In this document: piece by piece, positions 47,793-58,646 of the stretch
How positions within the stretch are numbered: the first letter of the stretch is position 1
Layout: every line of letters starts with the position of its first letter
Source of the DNA: Candidatus Planktophila sp.
GTDB taxonomy: Bacteria; Actinomycetota; Actinomycetes; Nanopelagicales; Nanopelagicaceae
Direction of reading: 5' to 3'
DNA length: 64,000 nt
Assembly (NCBI GenBank): GCA_044346555.1
Contig: JBIIYZ010000004.1
Coordinates: 6,361 to 70,360 of the forward strand
The notes under the pieces: model-generated
What the model was told of the DNA's origin: nothing
Database searches by the model: none
What the model saw: only the letters and a program-made list of their open reading frames with translations
Program-made: the position numbers and the translations under genes

Positions 47793-48728
47793 ATGTCGCA
47801 ACGAGCAGCTGGATACGGAATTGCCACTTTAATCAATGGTGGCGAAAAAGATGGCACGGTCCTTGATACTTGGTTCCCAGCACCTGTTTTAGGCGCTTTA
47901 CCCGCTAGCGCACCTGCCGAATTCACATCGCTTTCAATAACTGACAATGCACGGGGTGTGCGCTGTGAAGTTGTTGGTATTGAGATTGATCTAGCTACAC
48001 CACCAGCATCGGTTAGTGATGCCTACTTGCGTTTACATTTGCTTTCGCATCGTTTGGTTAAGCCACATGGGCAATCTCTTGATGGAATTTTTGGGATTTT
48101 AAATAATGTGGTTTGGACTTCTGCTGGGCCATGCCCGGTAGATGATTTCGAAATCACTCGCGCCAAGATTAGGTCTGCAACTGGGCAACATATCGCGGTT
48201 TATGGCGTCGATAAATTTCCACGCATGGTTGATTATGTAGTTCCAAGCGGGGTTCGAATTGCAGATGCTGACCGAGTACGACTTGGCGCTCACTTAGCTA
48301 GCGGCACAACTGTGATGCACGAAGGTTTTGTAAACTTCAACGCCGGAACTCTCGGTACTTCAATGGTCGAAGGAAGAATTTCTGCAGGAGTTGTTGTCGG
48401 TAATGGCAGCGACATTGGTGGCAGTGCTTCGATTATGGGCACCTTAAGCGGTGGTGGCAAAGAAGTAATTTCAATTGGCGAAAATTGCCTGCTAGGTGCA
48501 AATTCTGGTTGTGGTATTTCACTTGGCGATAACTGTGTAATTGAATCTGGTACATATGTAACTGCTGCTGCCAAGATCTTGCTACCAGATGGTCAAGTAG
48601 TAAAGGCCGCGACACTTTCTGGCGCCAATAATTTGCTGTTCCGTCGCAATTCACAGAGCGGCGCACTTGAAGCAGTGATGCGCACCGGCACTTGGGGTGG
48701 CCTTAACTCAGTTCTGCACGCTAATTAG
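47793..48728 (+). CDS. dapD: Tetrahydrodipicolinate N-succinyltransferase (actinobacterial type)
   Basis: [52 protein letters not shown]. Confidence 0.95.
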   Translation: MSQRAAGYGIATLINGGEKDGTVLDTWFPAPVLGALPASAPAEFTSLSITDNARGVRCEVVGIEIDLATPPASVSDAYLRLHLLSHRLVKPHGQSLDGIFGILNNVVWTSAGPCPVDDFEITRAKIRSATGQHIAVYGVDKFPRMVDYVVPSGVRIADADRVRLGAHLASGTTVMHEGFVNFNAGTLGTSMVEGRISAGVVVGNGSDIGGSASIMGTLSGGGKEVISIGENCLLGANSGCGISLGDNCVIESGTYVTAAAKILLPDGQVVKAATLSGANNLLFRRNSQSGALEAVMRTGTWGGLNSVLHAN

Positions 48729-49985
48729 TGCTTCGTTAGTTAGCGAAAACCAAGTTGAAGGTAACTTTGATCGACTACGGAAAGTCTCACCGCTTAATTT
48801 AACTTTCTTGCCGGCGCTCGATTTACCCTCAATCATCTTGACCGTACCGGTTTCATTTAAATTCAATACTTTGATCGAAACCACATCAGGTAACCCAAAA
48901 GCAGTAGCCAGCACCGTTTGCGGGATATCTCGCTTCCAGCGATAGAAACTGGGGTTTAACTTGGGGTCTAGTGACCAAGGATCTGGCACCGAGAAGGTGT
49001 AGCCAACGTCAGTCCCCCAGGCATTTTTAGAAGTTTCAGTTACGCCACCTGTTGAAGAGCCAAAATATGTTCGAATAGGTGCTGCGTTACGAGTAACAGT
49101 TAATCCCGTGGTTTCAGTAATCGAGGTTCGCGATACTGCAGCCTTCCAAATTTGACCCCACCTAGGTTCAGCTTCTTTGGCATACCCAGCAAAATTCTGG
49201 TCTTTGGTTGATGAGTAAAGTTCACAATCACAACTCTTCTGTATTTTTCCAACCTTACTCATGGCATAACTTCGAGATGCTATCGCTTGCGCCTCTAGGG
49301 CTGCAGCCGGCCATGACGAAGGAACTTCGCTTATCCCCCAGAGATATTCATCATGTAATCTAACTTGATTCACAATCGCTAAGCGATTGCCTAGTTTGGC
49401 ATCCTTTATTACCTTAACCTGGATTTGGCCATAGCGATACCTAGTAGTTTTTTTGGTATGGGTTAAAGATAAAACAGAATCTATTCCAGCTAAATATCTT
49501 GTGCCGCTCCAACGAATCGTTAACCTATCAACTGGTGTCAATTTTGTTGTAACGCCGACTTGAGTTGTAGTTATCGCAACTTGCTTATCGGAAACCGATA
49601 ACTTAACGGAATCTTTTGTGGCTAAAACCGAAATAACTTGTGGCTCTGTGCCATCGCCCGAAATCAACTGCAATGACATGCCTGGAGAATCACTTTTTAG
49701 TGAAGCCGCAGTTAATTGGTGGCCAATGTTTATACGCAAAATCTGATCATCAGTTATTGCGATTACATCGCTGCCGGGATAGTAATGATTCAAAATTGCA
49801 GTCGCGGTATCCCCTGATAAAGCTAAGCCGCGAGCACCTATCTGGCTCATCCCAACGCCATGACCATAACCTTTGCCGGTGAATGAAATTGAGGTAGGTA
49901 CTTCAGCAAAAGCTGAAGGTAGATGAGTCAGAGCTAGAGTTGAAAGAAGAATGGGCACCAGAGCGCCAAAATTAAAGCGTTTCAA
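48708..49985 (-). CDS. SpoIID/LytB domain peptidoglycan hydrolase-like protein
   Basis: Signal peptide; [15 protein letters not shown]; [27 protein letters not shown]; [10 protein letters not shown]. Confidence 0.88.
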   Translation of the reverse strand: MKRFNFGALVPILLSTLALTHLPSAFAEVPTSISFTGKGYGHGVGMSQIGARGLALSGDTATAILNHYYPGSDVIAITDDQILRINIGHQLTAASLKSDSPGMSLQLISGDGTEPQVISVLATKDSVKLSVSDKQVAITTTQVGVTTKLTPVDRLTIRWSGTRYLAGIDSVLSLTHTKKTTRYRYGQIQVKVIKDAKLGNRLAIVNQVRLHDEYLWGISEVPSSWPAAALEAQAIASRSYAMSKVGKIQKSCDCELYSSTKDQNFAGYAKEAEPRWGQIWKAAVSRTSITETTGLTVTRNAAPIRTYFGSSTGGVTETSKNAWGTDVGYTFSVPDPWSLDPKLNPSFYRWKRDIPQTVLATAFGLPDVVSIKVLNLNETGTVKMIEGKSSAGKKVKLSGETFRSRSKLPSTWFSLTNEALISVQN

Positions 49986-49987
49986 GG

Positions 49988-50992
49988 TTAATCCTGAGGT
50001 ACTAATGATTTAGGTGAGGTAATAAAACCAGCGCCCCAAGCCATCTGCATAGTAAATAGGACTGCAGGCATCATGATCTTCTCCAGCAAACCTTTGCCGA
50101 GCACTATTCCGGCTACCAGCGTGAAACCCGCATAGATTCCAGCTGGGAGAAAGAGTATCGGCGAGAACAATGAACCAGCAATGAGTGAAAGTGAGCTACC
50201 GGCCAGAGCAAGCGGTGGCGCTAAGTATCGATAGTTAATCGTGCCAGCATGTTTTCGCGAAACCACTCTTCGCCAGCGGCCGTACTCAAAATATTGTTTT
50301 GCCAGTGCTGTCAAATTTGGTCTTGGTCGATAAGTAACTTCTAGCCGGGGATCAAAATAAATTTTGCCGCCACGTTCGCGTAATCGAAAGTTAAGTTCCC
50401 AATCTTGGGCACGAATAAATCTCTCATCGAAGCCACCAATTTCGTTTAGTGCTTCTCGTAAGAAACAACCTAAATACACAGTATCAACTTCGCCAGACCC
50501 ACCACCCGTGTGAAACTTTGCAGCTCCTACCCCAAGTGGGCTTCGCATTGCCCGAGCCACACTTTTCTCAAATCTAGTTTTACCAACTGCGCCCATTAAA
50601 CCGCCAACATTTACTGCGCCAGTTTTTTTAAGCAGTTCAACTGCAATTGAAAGATAGTTACTAGGGATTTCAGCATGCCCATCGACTCTTACGATGATTG
50701 GAGAATTTGATTTTGCTAGCGCGATATTTAAGCCAGCTGCAGTTCGGCCAGTAGGATTTAAAGCCACAACCACTCGGGAATCAGATTTAGCTAACTCATT
50801 TGCTATTTCAAGCGTCGTATCTTTTGATGGTCCAACTGCCAAGATAACTTCAAATTTTCCATGGTAATCCTGCGAAAGAATTGCGTGAACCGCGGCCGCT
50901 AAGTGGTTTGCCTCATTTAGAACCGGCAGAATGACTGAGAGATCCGGTGAGGTAGATAACTCAACTTTTCTCGGAGTAGGTGCGGTAGTCAT
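49988..50992 (-). CDS. GT2 glycosyltransferase (start corrected)
   Basis: VILPVLNE, RVDGH, GGFDE...QDWELNFRLR, QYFEYGRWR, C-terminal TM. Confidence 0.9.
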   Translation of the reverse strand: MTTAPTPRKVELSTSPDLSVILPVLNEANHLAAAVHAILSQDYHGKFEVILAVGPSKDTTLEIANELAKSDSRVVVALNPTGRTAAGLNIALAKSNSPIIVRVDGHAEIPSNYLSIAVELLKKTGAVNVGGLMGAVGKTRFEKSVARAMRSPLGVGAAKFHTGGGSGEVDTVYLGCFLREALNEIGGFDERFIRAQDWELNFRLRERGGKIYFDPRLEVTYRPRPNLTALAKQYFEYGRWRRVVSRKHAGTINYRYLAPPLALAGSSLSLIAGSLFSPILFLPAGIYAGFTLVAGIVLGKGLLEKIMMPAVLFTMQMAWGAGFITSPKSLVPQD

Positions 50993-51028
50993 AGCCCCTA
51001 AACCGTATCGTCCAAGTACGCTTTCGCC

Positions 51029-52150
51029 ATGTCTTCGCCTCGCAAACACAGCCGTGCCATTCGGGCGATTACCTCACTTTCGGTAGGAATTGTGGCGCTA
51101 TCTGCCATTGGTTGGCTGGGGCTTGGCCGAATTAGCGGATCCCTAAATCGAACTGATGCTTTTGCCGGTGTTAATAACCGCCCCGATAAACCAACGAGTG
51201 CCATGAATTTGCTGCTAGTGGGTTCAGATAACCGCGCAGGATTAACTAAAGAACAAATTCGCGAACTTTGGGTGGGTGGAACTGAAGTTGCAGCTGGTGC
51301 GCGATCAGACACGATGATTCTTGTACACATAAGTAAAGCTCGCGATAGCGCAGTAATAATCTCGCTCCCCCGAGATTCATTAGTGACAATTCCAGAACAT
51401 GTAAGCAGCTCGGATAAAACTAAGATAGTTCCGGCTCGTCAAAACAAATTGAATGCCGCCTTTAGTTTCGGTGGAGCTCCGCTCTTAATCGAAACGCTAG
51501 AGGGTGAAACAGGGCTTCGAATTGACCATTACATCGAGATAAATTTCTTAGGCTTTAAAAACATAATTGACGCGCTCGGCGGAATCGATGTTTGCGTCAA
51601 GAAAGACATTAATGACTCTAAATCTAACTTGAAACTTTCGGCTGGCCTGCAAACTCTTAATGGAATCGATTCGCTGAAGTACGTGCGCACTCGCTTCTTT
51701 GATGGACAAGGCGACATTGGCCGGATGAAACGTCAACAAGAATTTATGTCAGCGGTTTTACAGAAAGCTACCAGCACAGGAACGCTGTTAAACCCAGTTA
51801 AACTGGTTAATTTCTTCAATGCCGCAATTAAGACTGTGACAACTGACAATGATTTTAATAAGAATGACCTTTTGACTTTAGGTAAGCAGCTAAAAAACTT
51901 ATCAGCTGATCGAGTTCGCACACTAACTATTCCACTCTCAAATGCAAATGGTCGAGCAGCTGGAGTTGGTTCAGTTGTAATCTGGGATAAGGTCCTAGCG
52001 CCAGATCTGTTTAACCGCTTGCTGAACGATCAACCAATTATTGATGAAGTTACGGCAACTCCCTCGGCGAGCGCCTCCCCAACAACAACTATCGTTGATA
52101 AGTTTAAGACTCAAACAGCCTCAGACAACGCTTGCGCTAGTGCAAAATAG
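51029..52150 (+). CDS. LCP (LytR-CpsA-Psr) glycopolymer transferase
   Basis: TM, NLLLVGSD, RSDTMIL, SLPRDS, KLNAAF, YVRTR, DIGRMKRQQ. Confidence 0.95.
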   Translation: MSSPRKHSRAIRAITSLSVGIVALSAIGWLGLGRISGSLNRTDAFAGVNNRPDKPTSAMNLLLVGSDNRAGLTKEQIRELWVGGTEVAAGARSDTMILVHISKARDSAVIISLPRDSLVTIPEHVSSSDKTKIVPARQNKLNAAFSFGGAPLLIETLEGETGLRIDHYIEINFLGFKNIIDALGGIDVCVKKDINDSKSNLKLSAGLQTLNGIDSLKYVRTRFFDGQGDIGRMKRQQEFMSAVLQKATSTGTLLNPVKLVNFFNAAIKTVTTDNDFNKNDLLTLGKQLKNLSADRVRTLTIPLSNANGRAAGVGSVVIWDKVLAPDLFNRLLNDQPIIDEVTATPSASASPTTTIVDKFKTQTASDNACASAK

Positions 52151-52160
52151 AGGAATGCAG

Positions 52161-53465
52161 ATGAAGTTATCAGTAATTGGCACTGGGTATCTAGGCGCAA
52201 CCCACGCTGCCTGCATGTCATCTCTGGGCTTTGAAGTTATTGGAGTAGATACCGATGCTGCCAAAATTGCTCAGTTGAGCAGGGGCGAACTACCTTTTTA
52301 TGAACCTGGCTTAGATACTTTATTGGCCGAAGAAGTTAAATCGGGCCGTCTGACCTTTACCACTGATTTTTCACAGGTAGCCGATGCAGACATGCACTTC
52401 GTTTGTGTTGGAACCCCGCAAAGTAAAGATGGCTTAGCGGCTGACTTAACTTATGTGCGTTCTTCGGTTGCCGCAATTACCCCTTACTTAAAGCCGGGTT
52501 CCTTAGTAGTTGGAAAATCAACTGTGCCAGTTGGTACTGCGCAATCTTTGCGCGAAGAGCTGATCAAGTCTGCGCCTCATGCGGACTTGGCTTGGAATCC
52601 AGAATTTTTACGTGAAGGTTTCGCAGTAGAAGACACATTGCGTCCTAATCGTTTAGTTGTCGGTGTAGCTAACGATAAAGCCGAAGAAATGCTCAAGGAA
52701 GTTTATGAACCGGTTCTAGCTCTTGGCACCCCTTGGATTCGTGCTGATTTACCGACAGCTGAATTAGTCAAAGTAGCAGCTAACTCATTCTTGGCAACCA
52801 AGATCTCCTTTATTAATGCGATGGCTGAAGTTTGCGAAGCTGCAGGTGGCGATGTCACGGTGTTGGCGAAAGCAATTGGTTATGACCCACGAATCGGAAA
52901 TCGTTTCTTACAAGCTGGTATCGGTTTTGGTGGCGGCTGCTTACCGAAGGATATCCGCGCATTCATGGCACGAGCAGAAGAACTTGGTGCTAAGCAAGCG
53001 CTTGAATTCTTAACTGAGATTGATGCAATTAATTTACGTGCACGTCAACGCGTTATCGATGTGGTGCGAGCCGACCTGTCTGAAGATTTAACTCAGTATA
53101 AAATTGCCGTCTTAGGTGCAGCGTTTAAGCCAGATAGCGATGATGTGCGAGATTCCCCTGCTTTAGATATTGCAGCCCAGCTACACGCAGCTGGCGCTAA
53201 AGTAGTCGTTCATGATCCAAAAGCGATTGAAAATGCCCGTAAGAGATTTCCTAATTTGGGCTTTGCTGAATCAATCGAGGAATGTGTTACTGGTGCTGAT
53301 TTGATTCTGCACTTAACTGAATGGAAGCAATATCGCGAGCTAGATCCGACCGTGATCAAAAAACTAGCTAAAGGGGCGCTAGTCATTGATGGGCGCAATG
53401 CCCTCGATCGTGAGCTTTGGCGTGCAGCTGGCTGGAAATTCCACGCATTAGGTCGCACTGATTAA
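52161..53465 (+). CDS. ugd: UDP-glucose/GDP-mannose dehydrogenase (start corrected)
   Basis: VIGTGYLG, CVGTP, KSTVPVG, NPEFLREG, GFGGGCLPKD, FKPDSDDVRDSP; GAGG SD. Confidence 0.93.
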   Translation: MKLSVIGTGYLGATHAACMSSLGFEVIGVDTDAAKIAQLSRGELPFYEPGLDTLLAEEVKSGRLTFTTDFSQVADADMHFVCVGTPQSKDGLAADLTYVRSSVAAITPYLKPGSLVVGKSTVPVGTAQSLREELIKSAPHADLAWNPEFLREGFAVEDTLRPNRLVVGVANDKAEEMLKEVYEPVLALGTPWIRADLPTAELVKVAANSFLATKISFINAMAEVCEAAGGDVTVLAKAIGYDPRIGNRFLQAGIGFGGGCLPKDIRAFMARAEELGAKQALEFLTEIDAINLRARQRVIDVVRADLSEDLTQYKIAVLGAAFKPDSDDVRDSPALDIAAQLHAAGAKVVVHDPKAIENARKRFPNLGFAESIEECVTGADLILHLTEWKQYRELDPTVIKKLAKGALVIDGRNALDRELWRAAGWKFHALGRTD

Positions 53466-53468
53466 TAA

Positions 53469-53867
53469 ATGAATACCACTGAAATAATTTCTCAAGTACT
53501 TGAGTTTAAGAATTGGGCGGTCGTTGGACTCGGAAATAATCCAGATCGCCCAGCATTTGGTGTTGCGAAGCTGTTACAGGATAAAGGTCATCAAATTTTC
53601 CCAGTACATCCAAAAGCCGAAACAGTTCATGGCGCAGTTGGCTATAAATCACTGCTAGACATCCCCACTCAAATCGATGTGGTTGATTATTTTGTAAATT
53701 CAAATTTAGTTGGCGAGGTAGTTGACCAGGCAATTGCAATCGGGGCAAAAGCAGTTTGGCTACAACTCGGAGTTATTGATCAAGCTGCTGCAGACCGAGC
53801 GCAGGCCGCTGGTCTTTTAACTGTGATGGACCGATGTCCTGCGATTGAGTACCAGCGATTTGTTTAA
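53469..53867 (+). CDS. CoA-binding protein (YccU-like)
   Basis: AVVGL...DRP, VHPK, IDVVD, WLQLGV, VMDRCP. Confidence 0.9.
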   Translation: MNTTEIISQVLEFKNWAVVGLGNNPDRPAFGVAKLLQDKGHQIFPVHPKAETVHGAVGYKSLLDIPTQIDVVDYFVNSNLVGEVVDQAIAIGAKAVWLQLGVIDQAAADRAQAAGLLTVMDRCPAIEYQRFV

Positions 53868-53874
53868 AGTTTAA

Positions 53875-54381
53875 TCAGAAGCCAGTTTTATGGTTTCGGC
53901 GCGCATTTAAATTAGCACCTTTCGCTTTAGCTTCACTCTCTAGCTCTTTCAAGTGATCTGCAACTTGCTGTGAAATCTTTTCATCGCTGATTCCCAGAAT
54001 ACGAGCTGCCAAAATTCCGGCATTCTTTGCGTTGCCAATTCCCACAGTTGCAACTGGAATTCCGGCTGGCATCTGCACAATTGAAAGAAGTGAATCCATG
54101 CCGTCTAAATTCTTTAGCGGTACTGGTACGCCAATGACGGGCAGCGTAGTTAGAGATGCCACCATGCCAGGTAAATGTGCAGCGCCACCAGCGCCAGCAA
54201 TAATTACTTTTATGCCGGCGCTTTTAGCACCTTGAGCAAAGGCAACCATTTCAAGTGGCATGCGGTGAGCGGAAACAACTGCAGTTGAATATGAAATTCC
54301 AAGATTATCGAGAACTAAAGCGGCTTCTTCCATGACTGGCCAATCTGAATCTGACCCCATGATGATTGCTACATCACTCAT
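53875..54381 (-). CDS. purE: N5-CAIR mutase
   Basis: [37 protein letters not shown]. Confidence 0.98.
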   Translation of the reverse strand: MSDVAIIMGSDSDWPVMEEAALVLDNLGISYSTAVVSAHRMPLEMVAFAQGAKSAGIKVIIAGAGGAAHLPGMVASLTTLPVIGVPVPLKNLDGMDSLLSIVQMPAGIPVATVGIGNAKNAGILAARILGISDEKISQQVADHLKELESEAKAKGANLNARRNHKTGF

Positions 54382-55486
54382 CGATAACTCCGCTCATATA
54401 ATCGATCGCATGTTGAACTTCAGTAGTTAAGTCTACGAGGTTTTCGCCGAGCAAAGTCACATGGCCAATCTTGCGTCCAGGCTTAACTTCCTTACGGTAT
54501 TGATGAACCTTTAACTTTGGCGTGCGAGCCAAAAGATGAAGGTAAGGCCGATACATATCTTGTTTATCGCCACCTAGAACATTTCCCATGACGGCAAACT
54601 TTGAAGTCATCGAGGTATCCCCTAGTGGTAAATCTAGAATTGCTCGCAAATGTTGCTCAAACTGACTTGTAACAGATCCATCAATTGTCCAGTGACCCGA
54701 GTTGTGCGGGCGCATAGCTAACTCGTTAATAAATAATTGATCGCCTTTAACAAACATTTCTACCGCCATAACACCAACTAATTTTATTTCGGCCGCGATA
54801 CTTAGCGCCGTTTGTTGCGCTTGCTGGCCAAGTGCCTCAGATAAATCAGGTGCTGGCGCAATCGTCATGGTGCAGATGCCATCACTTTGCACTGTTTGAG
54901 TTGGTGCCCATGTTGCCGCTTGTCCATGTGGTGAGCGCGTCACCATCACAGAAATTTCAAAATCAAAATCAATTAATTCTTCGACCAGTAACTTGGGATT
55001 CTCTAACAAGATCGCAGCAAGTTCGCTTTCAGAATTAACTTTCCAGACGCCACGGCCATCATAACCACCAGAGATTGACTTAGCGATGACTGGATATTCC
55101 ATAACTTGATCTGCTTTGGTAACAACTTGCCATTTAGGGGCTAGATGATTTGCTAACTTCTCGCGCATCGCTACTTTATCTTGGGAATAAATAAAGCTTT
55201 CTGAAGTTGGATAGAACCTAACACCTTCGCTTTCAAGGGCTTTAATGACCGAGATTGGAATGAGTTCATGCTCGAAAGTAAGTAAGTCACATTTTTTGGC
55301 AAATTCACGAACCTGAACTAGATCGCGGTAATCGCCAACTTCAAATGCAGCAACTTGCGCTCCAGAGTCAGTTGCAGATTGTGCAAGTAAAACTAGATCT
55401 ACGCCAAGCGCTGCTGCAGGCGCGGCACTCATTCGGCCAAGTTGGCCGGCACCGATGATGCCGATACGAGGAAAGGGCGATTTCAC
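54374..55486 (-). CDS. purK: N5-CAIR synthase
   Basis: [40 protein letters not shown]. Confidence 0.97.
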   Translation of the reverse strand: MKSPFPRIGIIGAGQLGRMSAAPAAALGVDLVLLAQSATDSGAQVAAFEVGDYRDLVQVREFAKKCDLLTFEHELIPISVIKALESEGVRFYPTSESFIYSQDKVAMREKLANHLAPKWQVVTKADQVMEYPVIAKSISGGYDGRGVWKVNSESELAAILLENPKLLVEELIDFDFEISVMVTRSPHGQAATWAPTQTVQSDGICTMTIAPAPDLSEALGQQAQQTALSIAAEIKLVGVMAVEMFVKGDQLFINELAMRPHNSGHWTIDGSVTSQFEQHLRAILDLPLGDTSMTSKFAVMGNVLGGDKQDMYRPYLHLLARTPKLKVHQYRKEVKPGRKIGHVTLLGENLVDLTTEVQHAIDYMSGVIDE

Positions 55487-55490
55487 TTGC

Positions 55491-56243
55491 CTATCGTAGG
55501 TGAATCACATCGCCGACGTTAACTCGAGCGCCACTGGCCAACTGCAGTTCACCCCTCTCGTTGATTCCCATCGCACGCGAATTGAGTATTTCACCCGAAG
55601 GCAAGTGAACTTCAACCTCTTTGCCCAGAGTAGAACTAACTTGGCGGTATTGCTCCATCGCAATACTAGAGCCACTCTCCCATAGCTCTATGGTTAGTGC
55701 GAAGTTCTTTAAAATCTCGGGCAAAATTACGTTGCGATTTAGTTCGGCAAAATTTTCTATCGCTAATGATGTTGCTGCTGGCACAGGTAACTCAGATTCA
55801 TTCATTTCTACATTAAGGCCAATCCCTACTACAACTCCGCTATCTCTAGCCTCTACCAAAATTCCCGCAACTTTCTTATCTCCGATGAGTAAATCATTAG
55901 GCCACTTTAAACTAGTCGCCACTTTTCCATCCAAACTTTTTAGCGCATTGACTAAACTCAACCCGGTCAATAATGGAATTGCACTCCACTCCAATTTATC
56001 TCGCTTTGGTTCTAGGTAAAGTGAAAAAAGTAGTGCGCTTGATTCGGTTGCTTCAAAAGTTCGATCTAATCTGCCTCGGCCAGCGCTTTGAAATTCCGTT
56101 ACGAAAACATCGCCATGTTGCAGATTTTCTTTTCCGATTAGTTCGGATTGAGTGGATGCAAGAGATTGAAAAACACTTACCCGCCAGTAACTGCCGAACA
56201 ATGTTGTGTTCATCGCACTCTTATTTAGCGCTTCTCGAACCAT
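55491..56243 (-). CDS. birA: Biotin--protein ligase (start corrected)
   Basis: STQ, EFQSAGRGRLDR, KWPNDL, KKVAGIL, GDVIHLR; GGAGG SD before ATG 56243; no HTH. Confidence 0.92.
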   Translation of the reverse strand: MVREALNKSAMNTTLFGSYWRVSVFQSLASTQSELIGKENLQHGDVFVTEFQSAGRGRLDRTFEATESSALLFSLYLEPKRDKLEWSAIPLLTGLSLVNALKSLDGKVATSLKWPNDLLIGDKKVAGILVEARDSGVVVGIGLNVEMNESELPVPAATSLAIENFAELNRNVILPEILKNFALTIELWESGSSIAMEQYRQVSSTLGKEVEVHLPSGEILNSRAMGINERGELQLASGARVNVGDVIHLR

Positions 56244-56273
56244 TTCCACCTCCAAAACTAGTACCGTAGGGGC

Positions 56274-57845
56274 ATGAAGCCAGATCTGCATACTACAGCC
56301 GGAAAAATTGAAGATCTTCGCAATCGTCTAAATGAAGCAGTCCATGCTGGTTCTGAAAGTGCGATAGATAAGCAACATGCCAAAGGAAAGATGACTGCGC
56401 GAGAACGCGTTGTAAAACTAGTAGATGCTGGCTCTTTTATTGAGTTTGATGAATTTGCGCGACATCGTTCCGTTAATTTTGGCATGGAGAAGAATCGTCC
56501 CTACGGAGACGGTGTAATTATTGGAATTGCAACAATTGATGGTCGCAACATTGCGCTCTTCTCACAAGATTTCACGGTAATGGGTGGCAGTCTCGGCGAA
56601 GTTATGGCCGAGAAGATTGTAAAGATCATGGAATACGCCCTCAAAAATGGTATGCCAATAATCGGAATTAGTGATTCTGGTGGTGCTCGCATTCAAGAAG
56701 GTGTCTCTGCGTTAAGTGGTTACGGCCGCATCTTCAGGTTAAATACTCGTTCATCTGGTGTAATCCCACAAATTTCCTTAATTCTTGGCCCATGTGCAGG
56801 TGGAGCAGCTTATTCACCAGCCCTGACAGATTTCACCGTGATGGTCAATGAAACCTCACATATGTTTATTACTGGTCCAGACGTAATTAAAACGGTAACT
56901 GGTGAAGAAGTTGGAATGGAAGAGCTTGGTGGAGCTCATACACACAATACCAAGACTGGTAATTCACATTACTTAGCCCAGAACGAAGATGACGCGATCG
57001 ATTATGTTAAAGCACTTCTTTCCTATTTACCAAGTAACAATATGGATGGCGCCCCTCACTTGCCAGCAACTGAGAGTTTAGCGAAGAAGCTCACTGATAA
57101 CGCACTCGATACTTTGATCCCGGATAGCCCAAATCAGCCTTACGACATGAAGGTATTGATTCAAGCGCTACTTGATGAAAGCGAATTTTTAGAAGTTCAT
57201 TCTCTCTATGCGCCCAACATTGTGGTTGGTTTTGGTCGTATTGAAGGTGAGTCAGTCGGCATAATTGCTAACCAACCACAGCATTTAGCTGGCACTCTAG
57301 ATATTAATTCCAGTGAAAAAGCAGCGCGATTCTTACGTTTCTGTGATGCCTTTAATATTCCAGTTTTAACTTTAGTTGATGTGCCTGGATTCTTGCCCGG
57401 AACCGAACAAGAGTGGGATGGAATCCTCCGCCGCGGCGCTAAATTGCTTTACGCCTATGCTGAAGCATCAGTTCCGTTAGTAACTTTAATTACGCGCAAA
57501 GCTTATGGTGGCGCTTTCATTGTGATGGGCTCGAAATATATTGGTGCTGATATCAACTTAGCTTGGCCAAGTGCGGAAATTGCGGTTATGGGCGCTCAAG
57601 GTGCCGTAAATATTCTCTACCGAAACGAGCTCAAGAGCGCTGCCGATCCCGAGAGCAAACGCGCTGAGTTAATTACTGAGTACAACGAAACCTTAGCTAA
57701 TCCTTATTTGGCAGCCGAACGTGGATATGTTGATGCGGTTATCGAACCAAACCAAACTCGTGAATACATTACCAAGGCATTTAGATCGCTAAAAACCAAG
57801 CGCGATGCACTGCCGCCACGCAAGCACGGAAACATTCCACTCTAA
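56274..57845 (+). CDS. pccB: Acyl-CoA carboxylase carboxyltransferase (beta) subunit
   Basis: [49 protein letters not shown]. Confidence 0.93.
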   Translation: MKPDLHTTAGKIEDLRNRLNEAVHAGSESAIDKQHAKGKMTARERVVKLVDAGSFIEFDEFARHRSVNFGMEKNRPYGDGVIIGIATIDGRNIALFSQDFTVMGGSLGEVMAEKIVKIMEYALKNGMPIIGISDSGGARIQEGVSALSGYGRIFRLNTRSSGVIPQISLILGPCAGGAAYSPALTDFTVMVNETSHMFITGPDVIKTVTGEEVGMEELGGAHTHNTKTGNSHYLAQNEDDAIDYVKALLSYLPSNNMDGAPHLPATESLAKKLTDNALDTLIPDSPNQPYDMKVLIQALLDESEFLEVHSLYAPNIVVGFGRIEGESVGIIANQPQHLAGTLDINSSEKAARFLRFCDAFNIPVLTLVDVPGFLPGTEQEWDGILRRGAKLLYAYAEASVPLVTLITRKAYGGAFIVMGSKYIGADINLAWPSAEIAVMGAQGAVNILYRNELKSAADPESKRAELITEYNETLANPYLAAERGYVDAVIEPNQTREYITKAFRSLKTKRDALPPRKHGNIPL

Positions 57846-58042
57846 TGACTCCATCAAAACCAAAATTCAGTGTTACCGCAGGCAACCCATCTGCAGATGA
57901 ACTAGCCGCGATCGAGCTGGCATTGGCAAATCACAAACGCGAAGAACTCAAACCGACTGTTAAACGAAGTGTCTGGGCAATGCCTTTGATGCGAACTCAG
58001 CTACCGCAACAAATCAAGTTCGGTTCAGGGCGTAATTTCTAA
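57845..58042 (+). CDS. accE: Acyl-CoA carboxylase epsilon subunit
   Basis: V..GNPSADELAAI, S.W; directly after beta subunit. Confidence 0.8.
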   Translation: MTPSKPKFSVTAGNPSADELAAIELALANHKREELKPTVKRSVWAMPLMRTQLPQQIKFGSGRNF

Positions 58043-58043
58043 G

Positions 58044-58646
58044 ATGACTCGATTGATTTTAGCTTCAGCATCTACTTCACGCAGACGATTACTCGAGTCA
58101 GCTGGTTTGAAGCCAGAGATAATCGTTAGTCATGTTGATGAAGAAACCGATTTTTTCAATGCAATGTCACCTGCCGATATGGTAATAGCGCTGGCAATTA
58201 CTAAAGCACATACGGTTCGCGAACAAATTTTAGGCGACGCTGTAATTATTGCTTGTGACTCTACTTTTGAATTCGATGGGGTTTCGCTCGGAAAACCAGG
58301 TACCCCAGAAGTAGCGACCGAACGAGCAAGTCGGGTGCGTGGTAATTCCGGCTTACTTCACACCGGGCACTGCATCATTGATACCAGTAGAGATCGCGAA
58401 ATTTCAGATCGCGTGACTACCAAAGTAACTTTTTCAGATATGAGCGATTTAGAGATCGCAGATTACGTATCAACTGGCGAACCATTACATGTTGCTGGTG
58501 GGTTTACTCTCGATGGCTACAGTTCACCATTTATTCCGAGCATCGAGGGCGATTACACAAACGTAGTTGGTATCTCAATGCCCTTCCTGCGTGCCGCGAT
58601 GTCTGAGCTTGGATACACCTGGCCGCAAGTTAAGGAGCTCGGATGA
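58044..58646 (+). CDS. maf: Maf family nucleotide pyrophosphatase
   Basis: [39 protein letters not shown]. Confidence 0.93.
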   Translation: MTRLILASASTSRRRLLESAGLKPEIIVSHVDEETDFFNAMSPADMVIALAITKAHTVREQILGDAVIIACDSTFEFDGVSLGKPGTPEVATERASRVRGNSGLLHTGHCIIDTSRDREISDRVTTKVTFSDMSDLEIADYVSTGEPLHVAGGFTLDGYSSPFIPSIEGDYTNVVGISMPFLRAAMSELGYTWPQVKELG

